Below are positions 17,929 through 27,653 of a stretch of DNA of 64,000 nt, piece after piece; within the stretch, counting starts at the first letter, position 1, and each line of letters starts with the position of its first letter. The notes beneath the pieces were generated by a model. The model did not search any database. It worked only from the letters and a program-made list of their open reading frames with translations, and had not been told where the DNA came from. Origin of the DNA: Promethearchaeati archaeon SRVP18_Atabeyarchaeia-1 (GTDB taxonomy: Archaea; Asgardarchaeota; Atabeyarchaeia; Atabeyarchaeales; Atabeyarchaeaceae). The position numbers were made by a program, and so were the translations under genes. Location: assembly GCA_037308085.1 (NCBI GenBank), contig CP147779.1:1664001-1728000 (forward strand), written 5' to 3'.

Positions 17929-19260
17929 TCATTTGAGATAGCCCAAATGCTCCTTCTGGAGCTGAATGATCTCATCCAGCATCTTCTGTGCACTGCTGAC
18001 GCTGTCGACTGTTGGGTCGACGAGTAGCGCTTCTAGAGCTTTCTGCTTGGAGCCAGTTATGGCGGCTTCGGCAGCTAACTCCTGAACTGCGGCTTGGTTC
18101 TTCATCAAGCTTGCGAGTCCTGTGGGCATGCGCCCGACATTGATGCCGTGAACTCCGTTCTTGTCAACTGTAGCGGGGCATTCGACAACGATATCCTGCG
18201 GCAGGTTTTCGATTATCCCTTCGTTTGGAAGGTTTACAGAGAGCTCCTCATGCTTAGAGTCTGTCAGCATCCCTTCGATGATGGGGATTACTCTTTCGCC
18301 GGAGGGCCGGAGCCACAGCTTGGCCGGTCTCTTGTTTTCAACTATTCTCTTCAGCTCCTTAGGCTCATCCGTGGTGACGAGCTTGTAGTCGTTATAGAAA
18401 TTGCGGCATGCCTTGAGGTCGGCAACTTCCCACGCCCACTGGATGTATTCACCGAAGTGAGTATCATGCGTATATGGCAAGTAACCGTAGATTCTTAGTA
18501 TCTCTGCGGTCAACCCAAAGGATTTGTCGATCCCGTATTTCAGGTCATTTGAGGTGCGGACCTTTTCAAAATACGCTTTGGCTTTGCTCTTTATGTCAGG
18601 ATAGGCATCTCTACCGGTGTCTCTGTACTTGACCTCGAGGAGTACTCCGAAATGATTTAGCCCTGCTCCCTTGAATTGCAGATTTGAGTAGGAAGTATTC
18701 AGCATTTCAGGGAGGAAAAGCTCTACGAATCCAATTTCATGGCAAAGACCGACAAGTTTCACTCTTTTCGCGAACTTTTTCTTGACCGCCAGGCAGATCC
18801 TGCTCATGGGGTTACTGAAATTTATCACCCAAGCATTTGGGCATATCTTCTCAACATCTTTGCAGATCTCGATTATTGGAGGGATTATTCTGAGCGAGTG
18901 AAAAAGCCCACCGGGTCCACCATTCTCCCCGAATATTTGTTTGTTCCCATACTTGCGTGGCACCTCGTAGTCCTGTTCCCATAGCTTGAATCTGTTTCCA
19001 ACCTCGATTGAAATAACCACAAAATCAGCGCCCTTGAGGGCCTCAGGTCGTGAAGTTGTCGCTTCAAGCTTGACGTTAAGCTTCTTCTCTTCTATGGCCA
19101 TTTGGCAAGCTTTGCGAACCATCTCCAGTGTAGTTGGATTGATGTCATGAAGGACAATGGTTGATTCACTTAGTGTCTTACTCATAAGAATATCGGCAAC
19201 TGTTCCCAGGCCGAACTGAGCGCTACCTGCTCCTACAAGAACAATCCTGCTGTCTCTCAT
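17929..19260 (-). CDS. Family 4 glycoside hydrolase (NAD-dependent alpha-galactosidase/glucosidase)
   Basis: GAGSAQFG, GENGGPGG, NFSNPM, GLCHE, GLNHF. Confidence 0.92.
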   Translation of the reverse strand: MRDSRIVLVGAGSAQFGLGTVADILMSKTLSESTIVLHDINPTTLEMVRKACQMAIEEKKLNVKLEATTSRPEALKGADFVVISIEVGNRFKLWEQDYEVPRKYGNKQIFGENGGPGGLFHSLRIIPPIIEICKDVEKICPNAWVINFSNPMSRICLAVKKKFAKRVKLVGLCHEIGFVELFLPEMLNTSYSNLQFKGAGLNHFGVLLEVKYRDTGRDAYPDIKSKAKAYFEKVRTSNDLKYGIDKSFGLTAEILRIYGYLPYTHDTHFGEYIQWAWEVADLKACRNFYNDYKLVTTDEPKELKRIVENKRPAKLWLRPSGERVIPIIEGMLTDSKHEELSVNLPNEGIIENLPQDIVVECPATVDKNGVHGINVGRMPTGLASLMKNQAAVQELAAEAAITGSKQKALEALLVDPTVDSVSSAQKMLDEIIQLQKEHLGYLK

Positions 19261-19586
19261 CTTCTAACACCTCGATAGCATATCCGATAACGTCCTCTTG
19301 AGTCACGTCTCCTAGGTCTTGCAGGCTTGACCTAAAAAGGATTGCCTCCACATAATTATGTCAAAGCCTCACGGGGAAAATGGAATCCCACGCGATTGCA
19401 TTTACCCGTGGTCGGGCGATCAACGCGTACGTGAGGGAAGCGATGGTGGATCAGCGGAAAAACAACCTATAAGAGCGAAAAGGGGCGGCAATCAGTTAAT
19501 TCCCCTTCTGATCTTCTGAAGACGCGATTGGCTCGCCAGCCAAAGGCTAAGCACAGGAGAAACAACCTCGAAAGAATGAACAGATT

Positions 19587-19904
19587 CTAGCCCAAGGCCA
19601 CTATTTCCAACGCGCTAAGGTTCCTGAACCTCTTGGCCTGTTCCTCTCCAGCTATCTTGGTTATGATCGTGTCGACTGCTTCATTAAACGCATATACCAT
19701 TTGGAACCCTTCTTCATAGGTAATCCATTTTTCGGCGATCTTCTCAGCATCGTCGGATATGTCGTATTGCTCATCCTTGTATCGAACGTAGACCTTCCGG
19801 TTGTCCCAATCCACCCCTGGGCCATAAAGATCTCGGTGCAGGTTTATTGAGTCGGCGATGGAAAGACTCGGGTCCTCGCTTCGTAGGTCATCCATAGTCT
19901 TCAT
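19587..19904 (-). CDS. Hypothetical protein (about 105 aa)
   Basis: Protein-like composition from ATG 19904; no motif recognised. Confidence 0.5.
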   Translation of the reverse strand: MKTMDDLRSEDPSLSIADSINLHRDLYGPGVDWDNRKVYVRYKDEQYDISDDAEKIAEKWITYEEGFQMVYAFNEAVDTIITKIAGEEQAKRFRNLSALEIVALG

Positions 19905-20105
19905 GCTAGTTCCTTCTATCCTCATGAGAAGATGCTGAACAAAGGTTCCAATTAGCCAGCAAGTCTGATTCCACTCCGCATTGCAGAGTCTCTTCTTCCC
20001 GCTACAATTCCCTGACAACTGGATTCCAACTCCTAGTACTCTGCACGGTAATCAGCATTGGAGACATAAAAAGAGCGCTGATATTCGTGGAACACACATA
20101 CTTAC

Positions 20106-20336
20106 AAACGCAAGCCAGAGATCGCGCGCCACTGAAGGGCGGGAAGGATGTCTAACCCAAATAGAGGTACGTGCGTCTTTCGGGGCAATAGACACGATTC
20201 TTGACGAATCTACGCCTTAGGAGATCGAGTCCCCTGCCCTGACGCCCCCAGGCGGTCTCAGGCGCATCCCATATTCCAGCTCGAGCTCGGCTCATGAATC
20301 AGGAAGCCAACACCGTTCAGTGGATTCATGGCTCAC
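20106..20336 (+). mobile_element. 231-bp non-autonomous IS200/IS605-type miniature element, diverged copy 2
   Basis: Follows TTAC (20102-20105) and ends in GCTCAC. Shares CAAATAGAGG, CGAATCTACGCCT, GGAGATCGA and CAGGAAGCCAACACC with copy 1; same length. Confidence 0.7.
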
Positions 20337-20360
20337 AAATAGTCTTCACAGTTGCTAGCT

Positions 20361-21764
20361 TCACAAATGTTGCGTTGAGCGCACAAGTCTATCAGCCTTC
20401 CTCGTCGTGGCGTAGATCACCGATGAGATCGAATACAGGAAGACCATGGCTGATATCGAATATGTATAGCCGTACGGCGTCGGAACCGCGTTGAGAATCA
20501 GCGACGTGAGCGATGGGCTGATGCCGTTGGGAACGCTAAAGGCTATGCTCACCAAGGAATTAACGACCCCCCTTCTATTTGCCGGCGAATGATCCATGAG
20601 TAGGGCCGATGTTAGCGGACCAATCATGTTCATCAAGTCAGTTCTGGCAATGTACGCGATTACGGCGAGGTAAAGGTTCATCTGAAATGGCACTATTGCA
20701 AGATACCCAGCGAATGCTATTGAGGCAGTCTGGAACGCGACGATTGTTCCAACTCTTCCGCCGTGCTTCGTAGCATGCCGCGCCACCCATGGCGTAACCA
20801 TGCTGCCCAATGCCATCCCAACATCACCGAGAACCGTGATTCCGGCGATGGACTCATCGGAAAGTCTGAAGATATCCCTCCAATAGTAAGTGAAGAGCGG
20901 TATTATGAAACCCGCGCCAAAGCCTATGAGAACATTTATAGCTATAATCTTCTGGACTACCCTACTATTCCAGAGTGACTTTGGTGGCTCGTAGAGGCGC
21001 TCAGGTTCTTCCGCCTTCCTGGTCGGCGTCATGCCGTATTGTTCTGAGTCTCCGGCCTTATCGATGGGGAACCTCCCAATGTCGATTGATGGACTCGCAG
21101 GGCGATCCTTGTCGACGCGATGAGGAGTCCCTATGAAGAAAAGGGGTATCACTGCCAGCAAACCTAGAACTGCCGAAAACGCCAGCATGAACCTATAATA
21201 GAAGTCACTTTGCAGAATTGTCGCGAAGAAAGCAGAATACACCATGAAAAACAGCGTTCCGACGGTGGTTGATCCCACGCTCGCAAATGCGACAAGACCA
21301 TAGGATTTCTCTCTTTTGTATCCCCTTGTGATATCGGCCACGAGTGAAGCCTGCGCAGGGCTAATCAGCGCGGAGCCTGCTGATAGAAGCCCAGAACCCA
21401 GAAGCAGATGCCACCACTCGGTGGACAACGGAGCAATGAACCCGCCCACGGCCGAGAGCGATCCCCCGATTATTAGAGCTCGCTTTCTTCCAACCTTGTC
21501 AGCCAAGAACCCTGAGGGAACAAGCAGAGAAGACAACGCCAGACTTCCAACCAAGTAATACAGAGAGTAGTGCCCTCGGTATATCGACTCGACACCACCA
21601 TCGAGGTACGCCATAAAGAACATGACGAGAATCGAATAGGTTCCACCAGACAAGCCACTGAAGACCAAGAATACGAGTAGCTTGCTCATCCAAGGATCCT
21701 TGACGATCGAGGACCATGAGGAAGAACGAAAACGTGGGTGGAAATGTGGATGGGGAAAGCGCAT
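20361..21764 (-). CDS. MFS transporter
   Basis: GFLADKVGRKR motif A; about 12 hydrophobic segments. Confidence 0.9.
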   Translation of the reverse strand: MRFPHPHFHPRFRSSSWSSIVKDPWMSKLLVFLVFSGLSGGTYSILVMFFMAYLDGGVESIYRGHYSLYYLVGSLALSSLLVPSGFLADKVGRKRALIIGGSLSAVGGFIAPLSTEWWHLLLGSGLLSAGSALISPAQASLVADITRGYKREKSYGLVAFASVGSTTVGTLFFMVYSAFFATILQSDFYYRFMLAFSAVLGLLAVIPLFFIGTPHRVDKDRPASPSIDIGRFPIDKAGDSEQYGMTPTRKAEEPERLYEPPKSLWNSRVVQKIIAINVLIGFGAGFIIPLFTYYWRDIFRLSDESIAGITVLGDVGMALGSMVTPWVARHATKHGGRVGTIVAFQTASIAFAGYLAIVPFQMNLYLAVIAYIARTDLMNMIGPLTSALLMDHSPANRRGVVNSLVSIAFSVPNGISPSLTSLILNAVPTPYGYTYSISAMVFLYSISSVIYATTRKADRLVRSTQHL

Positions 21765-21872
21765 GGGATCATCTTCTACTCGATCGTTCTGCCAGCAGAA
21801 ATAACGAGAAGTAGATAAATGTAGTTGTGATGAAACATGCGTTACTCGGCCATTTCGCCGCTACCTTGCGAA

Positions 21873-23318
21873 TCATTCCTTCGCCTGTTTCCACTGCTTA
21901 ACTAGTAGCCTATCCTTTTTCCTAGTTGTCGAGAGAAGAGCCGTTCCGCATATGTACGTGCCGACCAATATCAGGGTTGAGTACGTGTATCCATAATTAC
22001 CCGGGACTGAACCTATAATCCGGCCCGAAAGGTTTGTGCTTATGCCGTTTGGCACGTTGAAGATCAGTTGCGTAAGAGAGTTGACTCTTCCTCTTTGGGC
22101 TACAGGCGTGTGGTCCATGGTTAGGGCTGACATGAGTGGGCTAACCATGTTCATCAGAGCTTGTCTAGCGATGAACGCTAGTACTGCAGGCAGGAGGAAT
22201 AGGTAGTAAGGGACTGTGGCAAGATACGCCGCGCAAGCTATCGAAGCAACTTGGCACGCTATGGTGGTTCCAACCCTTCCCCCAAGCCTCTTGGCCCTTC
22301 TTGATACCATGGGAGCTATCAGACCTCCGACAGCTACCCCCAGTTCTCCAAGAAGAGCTATGGTGTAGATTAGGGGCTGTGGCAACTTGAATAGGTCCCT
22401 CCAAAAGTAGTTGAAGAGTGGTACTAAGAATCCTGCACCAAAACCTATTACACCTTGAAATATGAGTATCTTCAGGACTACGCTGTTCCTCAAGGGGTTC
22501 CTTGGTGGCTCATTCAATTGCTTCTGCTCTAGTGTGTTCACAGGATCTGAGGCGGAGGAGTCGGATTTCGGGGGGGGACCAGCGCAGCCAGGTCCGTCCT
22601 TTGGAGGCTGGCGGGGGATCCTAATCAGGAACAGAGGTACCGCGGCCAAGACGGCAAGGATCGCTGCGCTGACGGATGGAAGAAAATAGTAGGTGTTGTT
22701 GGGCAACACGCCATCATACAAGAAGGAATAGATGATGAGTGCTACGGTTCCGATTACGCCAAACACCATGCTGAAGGACATCGTGATACTGTAAGCTTTC
22801 TCTCTCCTATACTCAGCTGTGACATCCGCAACGACGCAGTTCTGGGCTACGCTCACTAACGCATAGCCTATTGCAGTGCCTATTGAGAAGTAGATAATGT
22901 GCCACCATTCCGTGGCAAGTGGCAGAACGAATGTTCCTAGGGCCACCGCGGTAGAACCCATCATCAATACTGGCTTTCGACCCATCTTGTCGGTCAGGTA
23001 TCCCCCGATGGGAAGGGCGAGCGACATGGCTATTTGGAAAACTAGGTACTGCAACGCAAAGTGACCTATGGAGTCGACCCCTTTGTCCAAGTAGGGGATG
23101 AAGAAGTAGATCAGGTTGTTGTAAACACCGTAGCTGAGTCCGCTGAACGCCATGTTGACTAGGAGTTTGCTTATTGCAGGGTCTCTGATTATGGAAGACC
23201 ATGATAACTGCTTGGGCGTCAGTTTCGTGGATGACATGGCGGACCCGACTCCAGTTGTTCTACCCATCGAATGCTCTGCAAGGAAAGATCGTTTCTCAAG
23301 AAATAGGCTAAAAGTCAA
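21873..23318 (-). CDS. MFS transporter (tandem paralog); true start likely downstream
   Basis: GYLTDKMGRK motif; shares SWSSIxxDP, IGFGAGF, GGRVGT, MDHxP with its neighbour. Confidence 0.9.
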   Translation of the reverse strand: MTFSLFLEKRSFLAEHSMGRTTGVGSAMSSTKLTPKQLSWSSIIRDPAISKLLVNMAFSGLSYGVYNNLIYFFIPYLDKGVDSIGHFALQYLVFQIAMSLALPIGGYLTDKMGRKPVLMMGSTAVALGTFVLPLATEWWHIIYFSIGTAIGYALVSVAQNCVVADVTAEYRREKAYSITMSFSMVFGVIGTVALIIYSFLYDGVLPNNTYYFLPSVSAAILAVLAAVPLFLIRIPRQPPKDGPGCAGPPPKSDSSASDPVNTLEQKQLNEPPRNPLRNSVVLKILIFQGVIGFGAGFLVPLFNYFWRDLFKLPQPLIYTIALLGELGVAVGGLIAPMVSRRAKRLGGRVGTTIACQVASIACAAYLATVPYYLFLLPAVLAFIARQALMNMVSPLMSALTMDHTPVAQRGRVNSLTQLIFNVPNGISTNLSGRIIGSVPGNYGYTYSTLILVGTYICGTALLSTTRKKDRLLVKQWKQAKE

Positions 23319-23635
23319 AGTAGAGTGACGTTGTTATTTTATAAAGGTACCTTCCACGAGGTTGGCGTCGCACGTTTGCTTTAACTGTGACAACTGGCAT
23401 TTGATGCTTTTCGCTGTAGTCATGATCCCTATATACCGTTATCAAACTTCTGCAGGCAATGTTAAGCTGAAGCGGGAGAAGCGGGTTCTATCCAAGTCGA
23501 ACTCCACACTTTAGCCAGAGGGAAATGATGTTTGAGGTTGACGCCATCGTCGCCGAAGACCAGTATATACTAATGGGCTTTTTCCGCGCGGACCGCGCAT
23601 TTTATATATAACCAAATAATGTATATATAACCGAG

Positions 23636-24736
23636 GTGGACGGAGTGGAACAGAGAAGAATAATATCGTTGGGCAGAGGTTCACTGGTCGTTTCACTGCC
23701 AAAGTATTGGCTGAAGCTGAATGGGCTGAAGAAAGGGGACGAGGTCTCGTTAACTCTGCAACAGAATCGCTCATTGGTTATCCTGCCAGGTTCGGGAATG
23801 AAGCAGAGTAGCAGAGAGGTTGTCATCGAGATCAAACCCAATGACAGTCAAGCAACAATCATGAGGCGAATCATCGCCTGCTACTTGAACGGCTATTCCG
23901 GCATAAGGATCATCTCGAACGATATACTTAATGTTTCCCAGCAGAGGGCCATACGCAAAGCGGCAAATATGCTCTTCATGAACATAATGGAAGCCTCAAC
24001 AAAGGGAGTGCACATTCAGATTCTGATGGATGACTCCAAAGCTTATGTCAATGCTGGGATCCAGAGGATGCATGCCATAGCAGACTCAATGTGTAAGGAC
24101 ACCATGATTTCGCTGAAGACTTTCGACACGTCACTAGCTAAGGTTGTATACTCACTTGACAATGATGTAGATCACTTGTCCTTTCTGGAATTGAGGCTTC
24201 TTAGAAGCGCTGCCACAAATCCAGCGCTGGCGAATGACCTTAGCCTTAATCTCATAGACTGCCTAGACCACCAGACACTGGTGCACAGAATCGAGCAGAC
24301 GGCGGACCAAGCTGCGAACATTGTCAGGAACTTGATAGTCCTTGAAGGCGAGAGACAGAGGATTCCGGATGACATGCTTGGATTAATGGCAGAGGTCGGC
24401 GAAAAGGCACATGTCATGTATGATCGAGCAGTGAAGGCTTACTTCGCGAGAGATATGGCGGAGTCAGAGAACATAATAGAGCAAGATGAAGAGATAGAGA
24501 AGCTGGGAAGAGAGATCGCTTCCAAGACTTTTGCAAACACGCAGAATAGCAGCATGGTGGTGTGCTCAATCTGCTCGATCCGGGACAGCATAAGGAGAAT
24601 GGCTGAATTCGCCGTCGATATCGCGGAGAGTTCAATCAACCGTATGTACGAGCTAAGGCCTCGCTTGGAGGGACGAGAGAAAGCCCTTCTCGAAAAAGAG
24701 GCAAAGGTCACTCCTAAGGTCCCTGAAGTAGCTTAG
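23636..24736 (+). CDS. AbrB/PhoU-domain archaeal transcriptional regulator
   Basis: RRIISLGRGSLVVSLPKYW AbrB domain; two PhoU repeats (DNDVD, IEQTADQAANI, IRRMAEFAVDIAE). Confidence 0.88.
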   Translation: MDGVEQRRIISLGRGSLVVSLPKYWLKLNGLKKGDEVSLTLQQNRSLVILPGSGMKQSSREVVIEIKPNDSQATIMRRIIACYLNGYSGIRIISNDILNVSQQRAIRKAANMLFMNIMEASTKGVHIQILMDDSKAYVNAGIQRMHAIADSMCKDTMISLKTFDTSLAKVVYSLDNDVDHLSFLELRLLRSAATNPALANDLSLNLIDCLDHQTLVHRIEQTADQAANIVRNLIVLEGERQRIPDDMLGLMAEVGEKAHVMYDRAVKAYFARDMAESENIIEQDEEIEKLGREIASKTFANTQNSSMVVCSICSIRDSIRRMAEFAVDIAESSINRMYELRPRLEGREKALLEKEAKVTPKVPEVA

Positions 24737-24823
24737 TTGACAGGAAGATCAAAAAGAGATAGAAGAGCGCATACAGAAAAAAAAGGGGGCTGCCTGCTCC
24801 AAGAAGAGGAGCTCAGCCTTAAC

Positions 24824-26566
24824 CTAAGGAGTCCTAGTTTCGGGGTACGTTAAGGTTACGGTGAAGTCAGGAACACTGGTCTTCTTAGATAGAAGTTTCC
24901 TGGCGGAGTCGAGCGCATAGTTGTAGTCGAAAACCCCTTTTCCGCCTTCCTTAGCCTGCTTGAGTATCTCAATTTCAATCTTGTGCTTCAGCTTTCCGAT
25001 CGCAATGGGCCCAATGCCATACATTCCGCTGACAAGCTCTCTCATCTCATCCTCCGGCTTCAGTCCATCAACACCAAGCGGTGGGATGGCGTTTATGTCA
25101 GCGAAGATCTTCACTGGCTCCAGCTCATTCAGCATCTGAGCGTCTATGAGCTGAGTACTCGCTTGGGCTGCCGTGAATACCAAGTCGTTCGCGGATGCGA
25201 TCTCCATCCTCTTATCTCTCGTTGGCGCAAAGAATCCCTCTACGTTGATAGAGTACCTCTCGTATAGCTTTGAAGCGATTCCCTTGACATAGGCGTCCCC
25301 ATCAGCCCTGCCTGGGTTGGGGCTTATGATCGTTACTTCGCAGCCAAGTCGGCTCAACAAGACCGCGGCTACTTTTCCAACAGGACCAGTGCCAAAAATC
25401 GCGCATCGCTTGTTGCGGATATCACCCAAGTTATTTGCCGCCAAAGAACTCTCAGTTTTTGCCACCATTGCTGCTGCAGTCGTATACGCGCCGCTCGGGT
25501 CTATTATGACAGGAGCTTCAAATGGTGGGAACATCGCTTGCATGGCAACCTCAAGGATCTTCTCAGCCTTATCAGAGTCTTTTCCACCAATCAGGAAGCA
25601 AGTGCGCTTCGCGCCTGCGGGTCCTCTTGAGAGCAGAGCCTCTTGAATCACCACCTTCGCGTCCTCGGGTGGGATGTCGTTGTATGGTATCACGCTGTCA
25701 TATCCAGCATCGTAGCCCATGCAGATATCGAATGGGTTGACTTTCTTGCTGTCTGCGTCAAGGAAGAACAGTAGGAAAGGAATGTAGTCTGAAGCCTTCT
25801 TTATTACGGGCTTGACTTGGATTTTGAATGCTTGAAGAACTGACTCTACCTTGCCACTGCTGGGAATGGATGCGTCGGGTTGCACAGGGACGGCCTTTTT
25901 TGACATTGTCAGGACGTCGACTCTTACTTTCAGTGATTCGAGTAACTTCTTGAGGCCTTCCACTTGCTCTGGGCTGCTAATGTGGTAGCACAACAGCGGA
26001 GCGTTCTTCTTTCCATTGAACTTCTTGGCGTTGTCGAGAATACCCATAGCGATCCAGTTTTCGCGGGTTGAGAAGTTTATCTCCTTCAACTCATCCTCGA
26101 TTTCGGACTGAAGGCATTGGCCATAAGTGACCAGGTAGTCCTCCTTTTCCGTAAAAGTCTTGTCGCGTGAACCCTTCTGCTTGGAGATGGCTGATAGTTC
26201 GTCAAGGATCTTGGTTCTTACGTCGATTTTCCTCGTTATGTTGGTGAGGAGGTACGACCTAGCATTCTCGTCTATGTCGACCGGGAAGAAGGGAACATTG
26301 TGTTTCTTAAAGACGGTAAGCAGTGGGTTAGCTTCATAGAATTCCTTCTGTGAACGATCACCCAACTCTTCTGTTGCAAAGCTGGGTTTACTTCGTCTAA
26401 CTACCTCATCAAGGAACTTGGAGAAAGCCGCAGACGGCCTGGCGAGTAGCCTGCCAGGAGCGGTAGGATTCAGAGCTGATGAGAAGAATTGCTCATTGAA
26501 CTCTTTCTCAATCATCATTACACGCAAGTCAATATCTTTCAGGGGCTCAATTTCTAGAACCTTCAT
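24824..26566 (-). CDS. NAD(P)-dependent methylene-H4MPT dehydrogenase (MtdA/B/C family) with about 260-aa N-terminal extension
   Basis: PFDICMGYDAG, SRGPAG, FPPFE..IDPSGAYTTAAAMV, GTGPVG, DINAIPPLGVDG, GIGPIAIGKLK. Confidence 0.85.
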   Translation of the reverse strand: MKVLEIEPLKDIDLRVMMIEKEFNEQFFSSALNPTAPGRLLARPSAAFSKFLDEVVRRSKPSFATEELGDRSQKEFYEANPLLTVFKKHNVPFFPVDIDENARSYLLTNITRKIDVRTKILDELSAISKQKGSRDKTFTEKEDYLVTYGQCLQSEIEDELKEINFSTRENWIAMGILDNAKKFNGKKNAPLLCYHISSPEQVEGLKKLLESLKVRVDVLTMSKKAVPVQPDASIPSSGKVESVLQAFKIQVKPVIKKASDYIPFLLFFLDADSKKVNPFDICMGYDAGYDSVIPYNDIPPEDAKVVIQEALLSRGPAGAKRTCFLIGGKDSDKAEKILEVAMQAMFPPFEAPVIIDPSGAYTTAAAMVAKTESSLAANNLGDIRNKRCAIFGTGPVGKVAAVLLSRLGCEVTIISPNPGRADGDAYVKGIASKLYERYSINVEGFFAPTRDKRMEIASANDLVFTAAQASTQLIDAQMLNELEPVKIFADINAIPPLGVDGLKPEDEMRELVSGMYGIGPIAIGKLKHKIEIEILKQAKEGGKGVFDYNYALDSARKLLSKKTSVPDFTVTLTYPETRTP

Positions 26567-26630
26567 TTACTGCACCTCCGTAATCGGTCAGTATTTACAT
26601 TGTAGCTGAGCTATTACTAGCTGGCAGGCG

Positions 26631-26740
26631 ATATATACGTTATCGTAATAGTATATAGCTGGGTATATACAGTATATACCATGACGAAACCGAAAATATA
26701 AAAGTCGATTGATTATGAAAACACCGAACAAAGTATATAA
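26631..26740. promoter_or_regulatory. Cluster of GTATATAC-type boxes in the divergent mtd/nfnAB promoter
   Basis: ATATATAC 26631, GTATATAG 26651, GTATATAC 26663 and 26672, GTATATAA 26733. Confidence 0.45.
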
Positions 26741-26789
26741 AATATGCGACGCGTAGCCCTAGTTGCCTTTGCAAAGACAGGTGATACCG

Positions 26790-27626
26790 TTGTATGAGAT
26801 TGTCTCGGCAGAAGAACTAGCCCCAAGTATCAAGAGAATGGTGATAAAAGCCCCAGTTGTAGCCAGGAAGATACAGCCCGGGCAATTCGTGGTCATCAGA
26901 ATAAACGAAAACGGCGAAAGAATTCCACTGACTCACGCCGACGAGTCACCTGAGGACGGAACGGTCACGATCGTCTTTCAGGAGGTCGGCAAGAGCACCA
27001 AACTGCTCGGCACCCTAGGTCCAGGCGATTCAGTCTTGGATTTTCTGGGACCCCTGGGGGTGCCACTAGAAGTGAAGAAGTACGGAACCGTCGTGCTCCT
27101 TGGTGGCGGAGTCGGAATACCTCCTCTGTATCCGAAGGGCAAGGCCCTCAAGAAGGCTGGAAACTACGTCGTCTCTATAATAGGCGCTCGAAACAAGGAT
27201 CTCCTGATCATGGAGGACGAAATGAAGAGTGTATCCGACGAACTAATAGTCACAACCGACGATGGCTCCAAAGGTAGGAAAGGATTCACAACGGACGCAC
27301 TCAGAGATGTCCTGAAGAGCAGAAAGGTCGATCTGGTCATCACTGTGGGTCCCCTGATTATGATGAAGAACGCCACCCTCGTCGCGAAAGAGAGCGGTGT
27401 CAGGATCGAAGTAAGCTTGAACCCGATCATGGTTGACGCGACGGGCATGTGTGGTGGCTGCCGATGCACAGTAGGTGGCGAAATGAAGTTTGCATGTGTC
27501 CACGGACCAATGTTTGATGGGACTAAAGTCAATTTTGACGAATTAATGAAGAGAGCAAGAACCTATACTGAAGAGGAGAAAGTCTCCCAAGATTTGTACA
27601 ATAAAGAACTCACTGCAAAGAGTTGA
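26790..27626 (+). CDS. nfnA: Electron-bifurcating transhydrogenase small subunit (NfnA/SudB)
   Basis: GERIPLT, GPLG, GGGVGIPP, TDDGS, MVDATGMCGGCR, CVHGP; likely TTG start 26790 after AGGTGA. Confidence 0.85.
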   Translation: MYEIVSAEELAPSIKRMVIKAPVVARKIQPGQFVVIRINENGERIPLTHADESPEDGTVTIVFQEVGKSTKLLGTLGPGDSVLDFLGPLGVPLEVKKYGTVVLLGGGVGIPPLYPKGKALKKAGNYVVSIIGARNKDLLIMEDEMKSVSDELIVTTDDGSKGRKGFTTDALRDVLKSRKVDLVITVGPLIMMKNATLVAKESGVRIEVSLNPIMVDATGMCGGCRCTVGGEMKFACVHGPMFDGTKVNFDELMKRARTYTEEEKVSQDLYNKELTAKS

Positions 27627-27653
27627 AGCAGGACAGAGTGAGGCGGATACACC

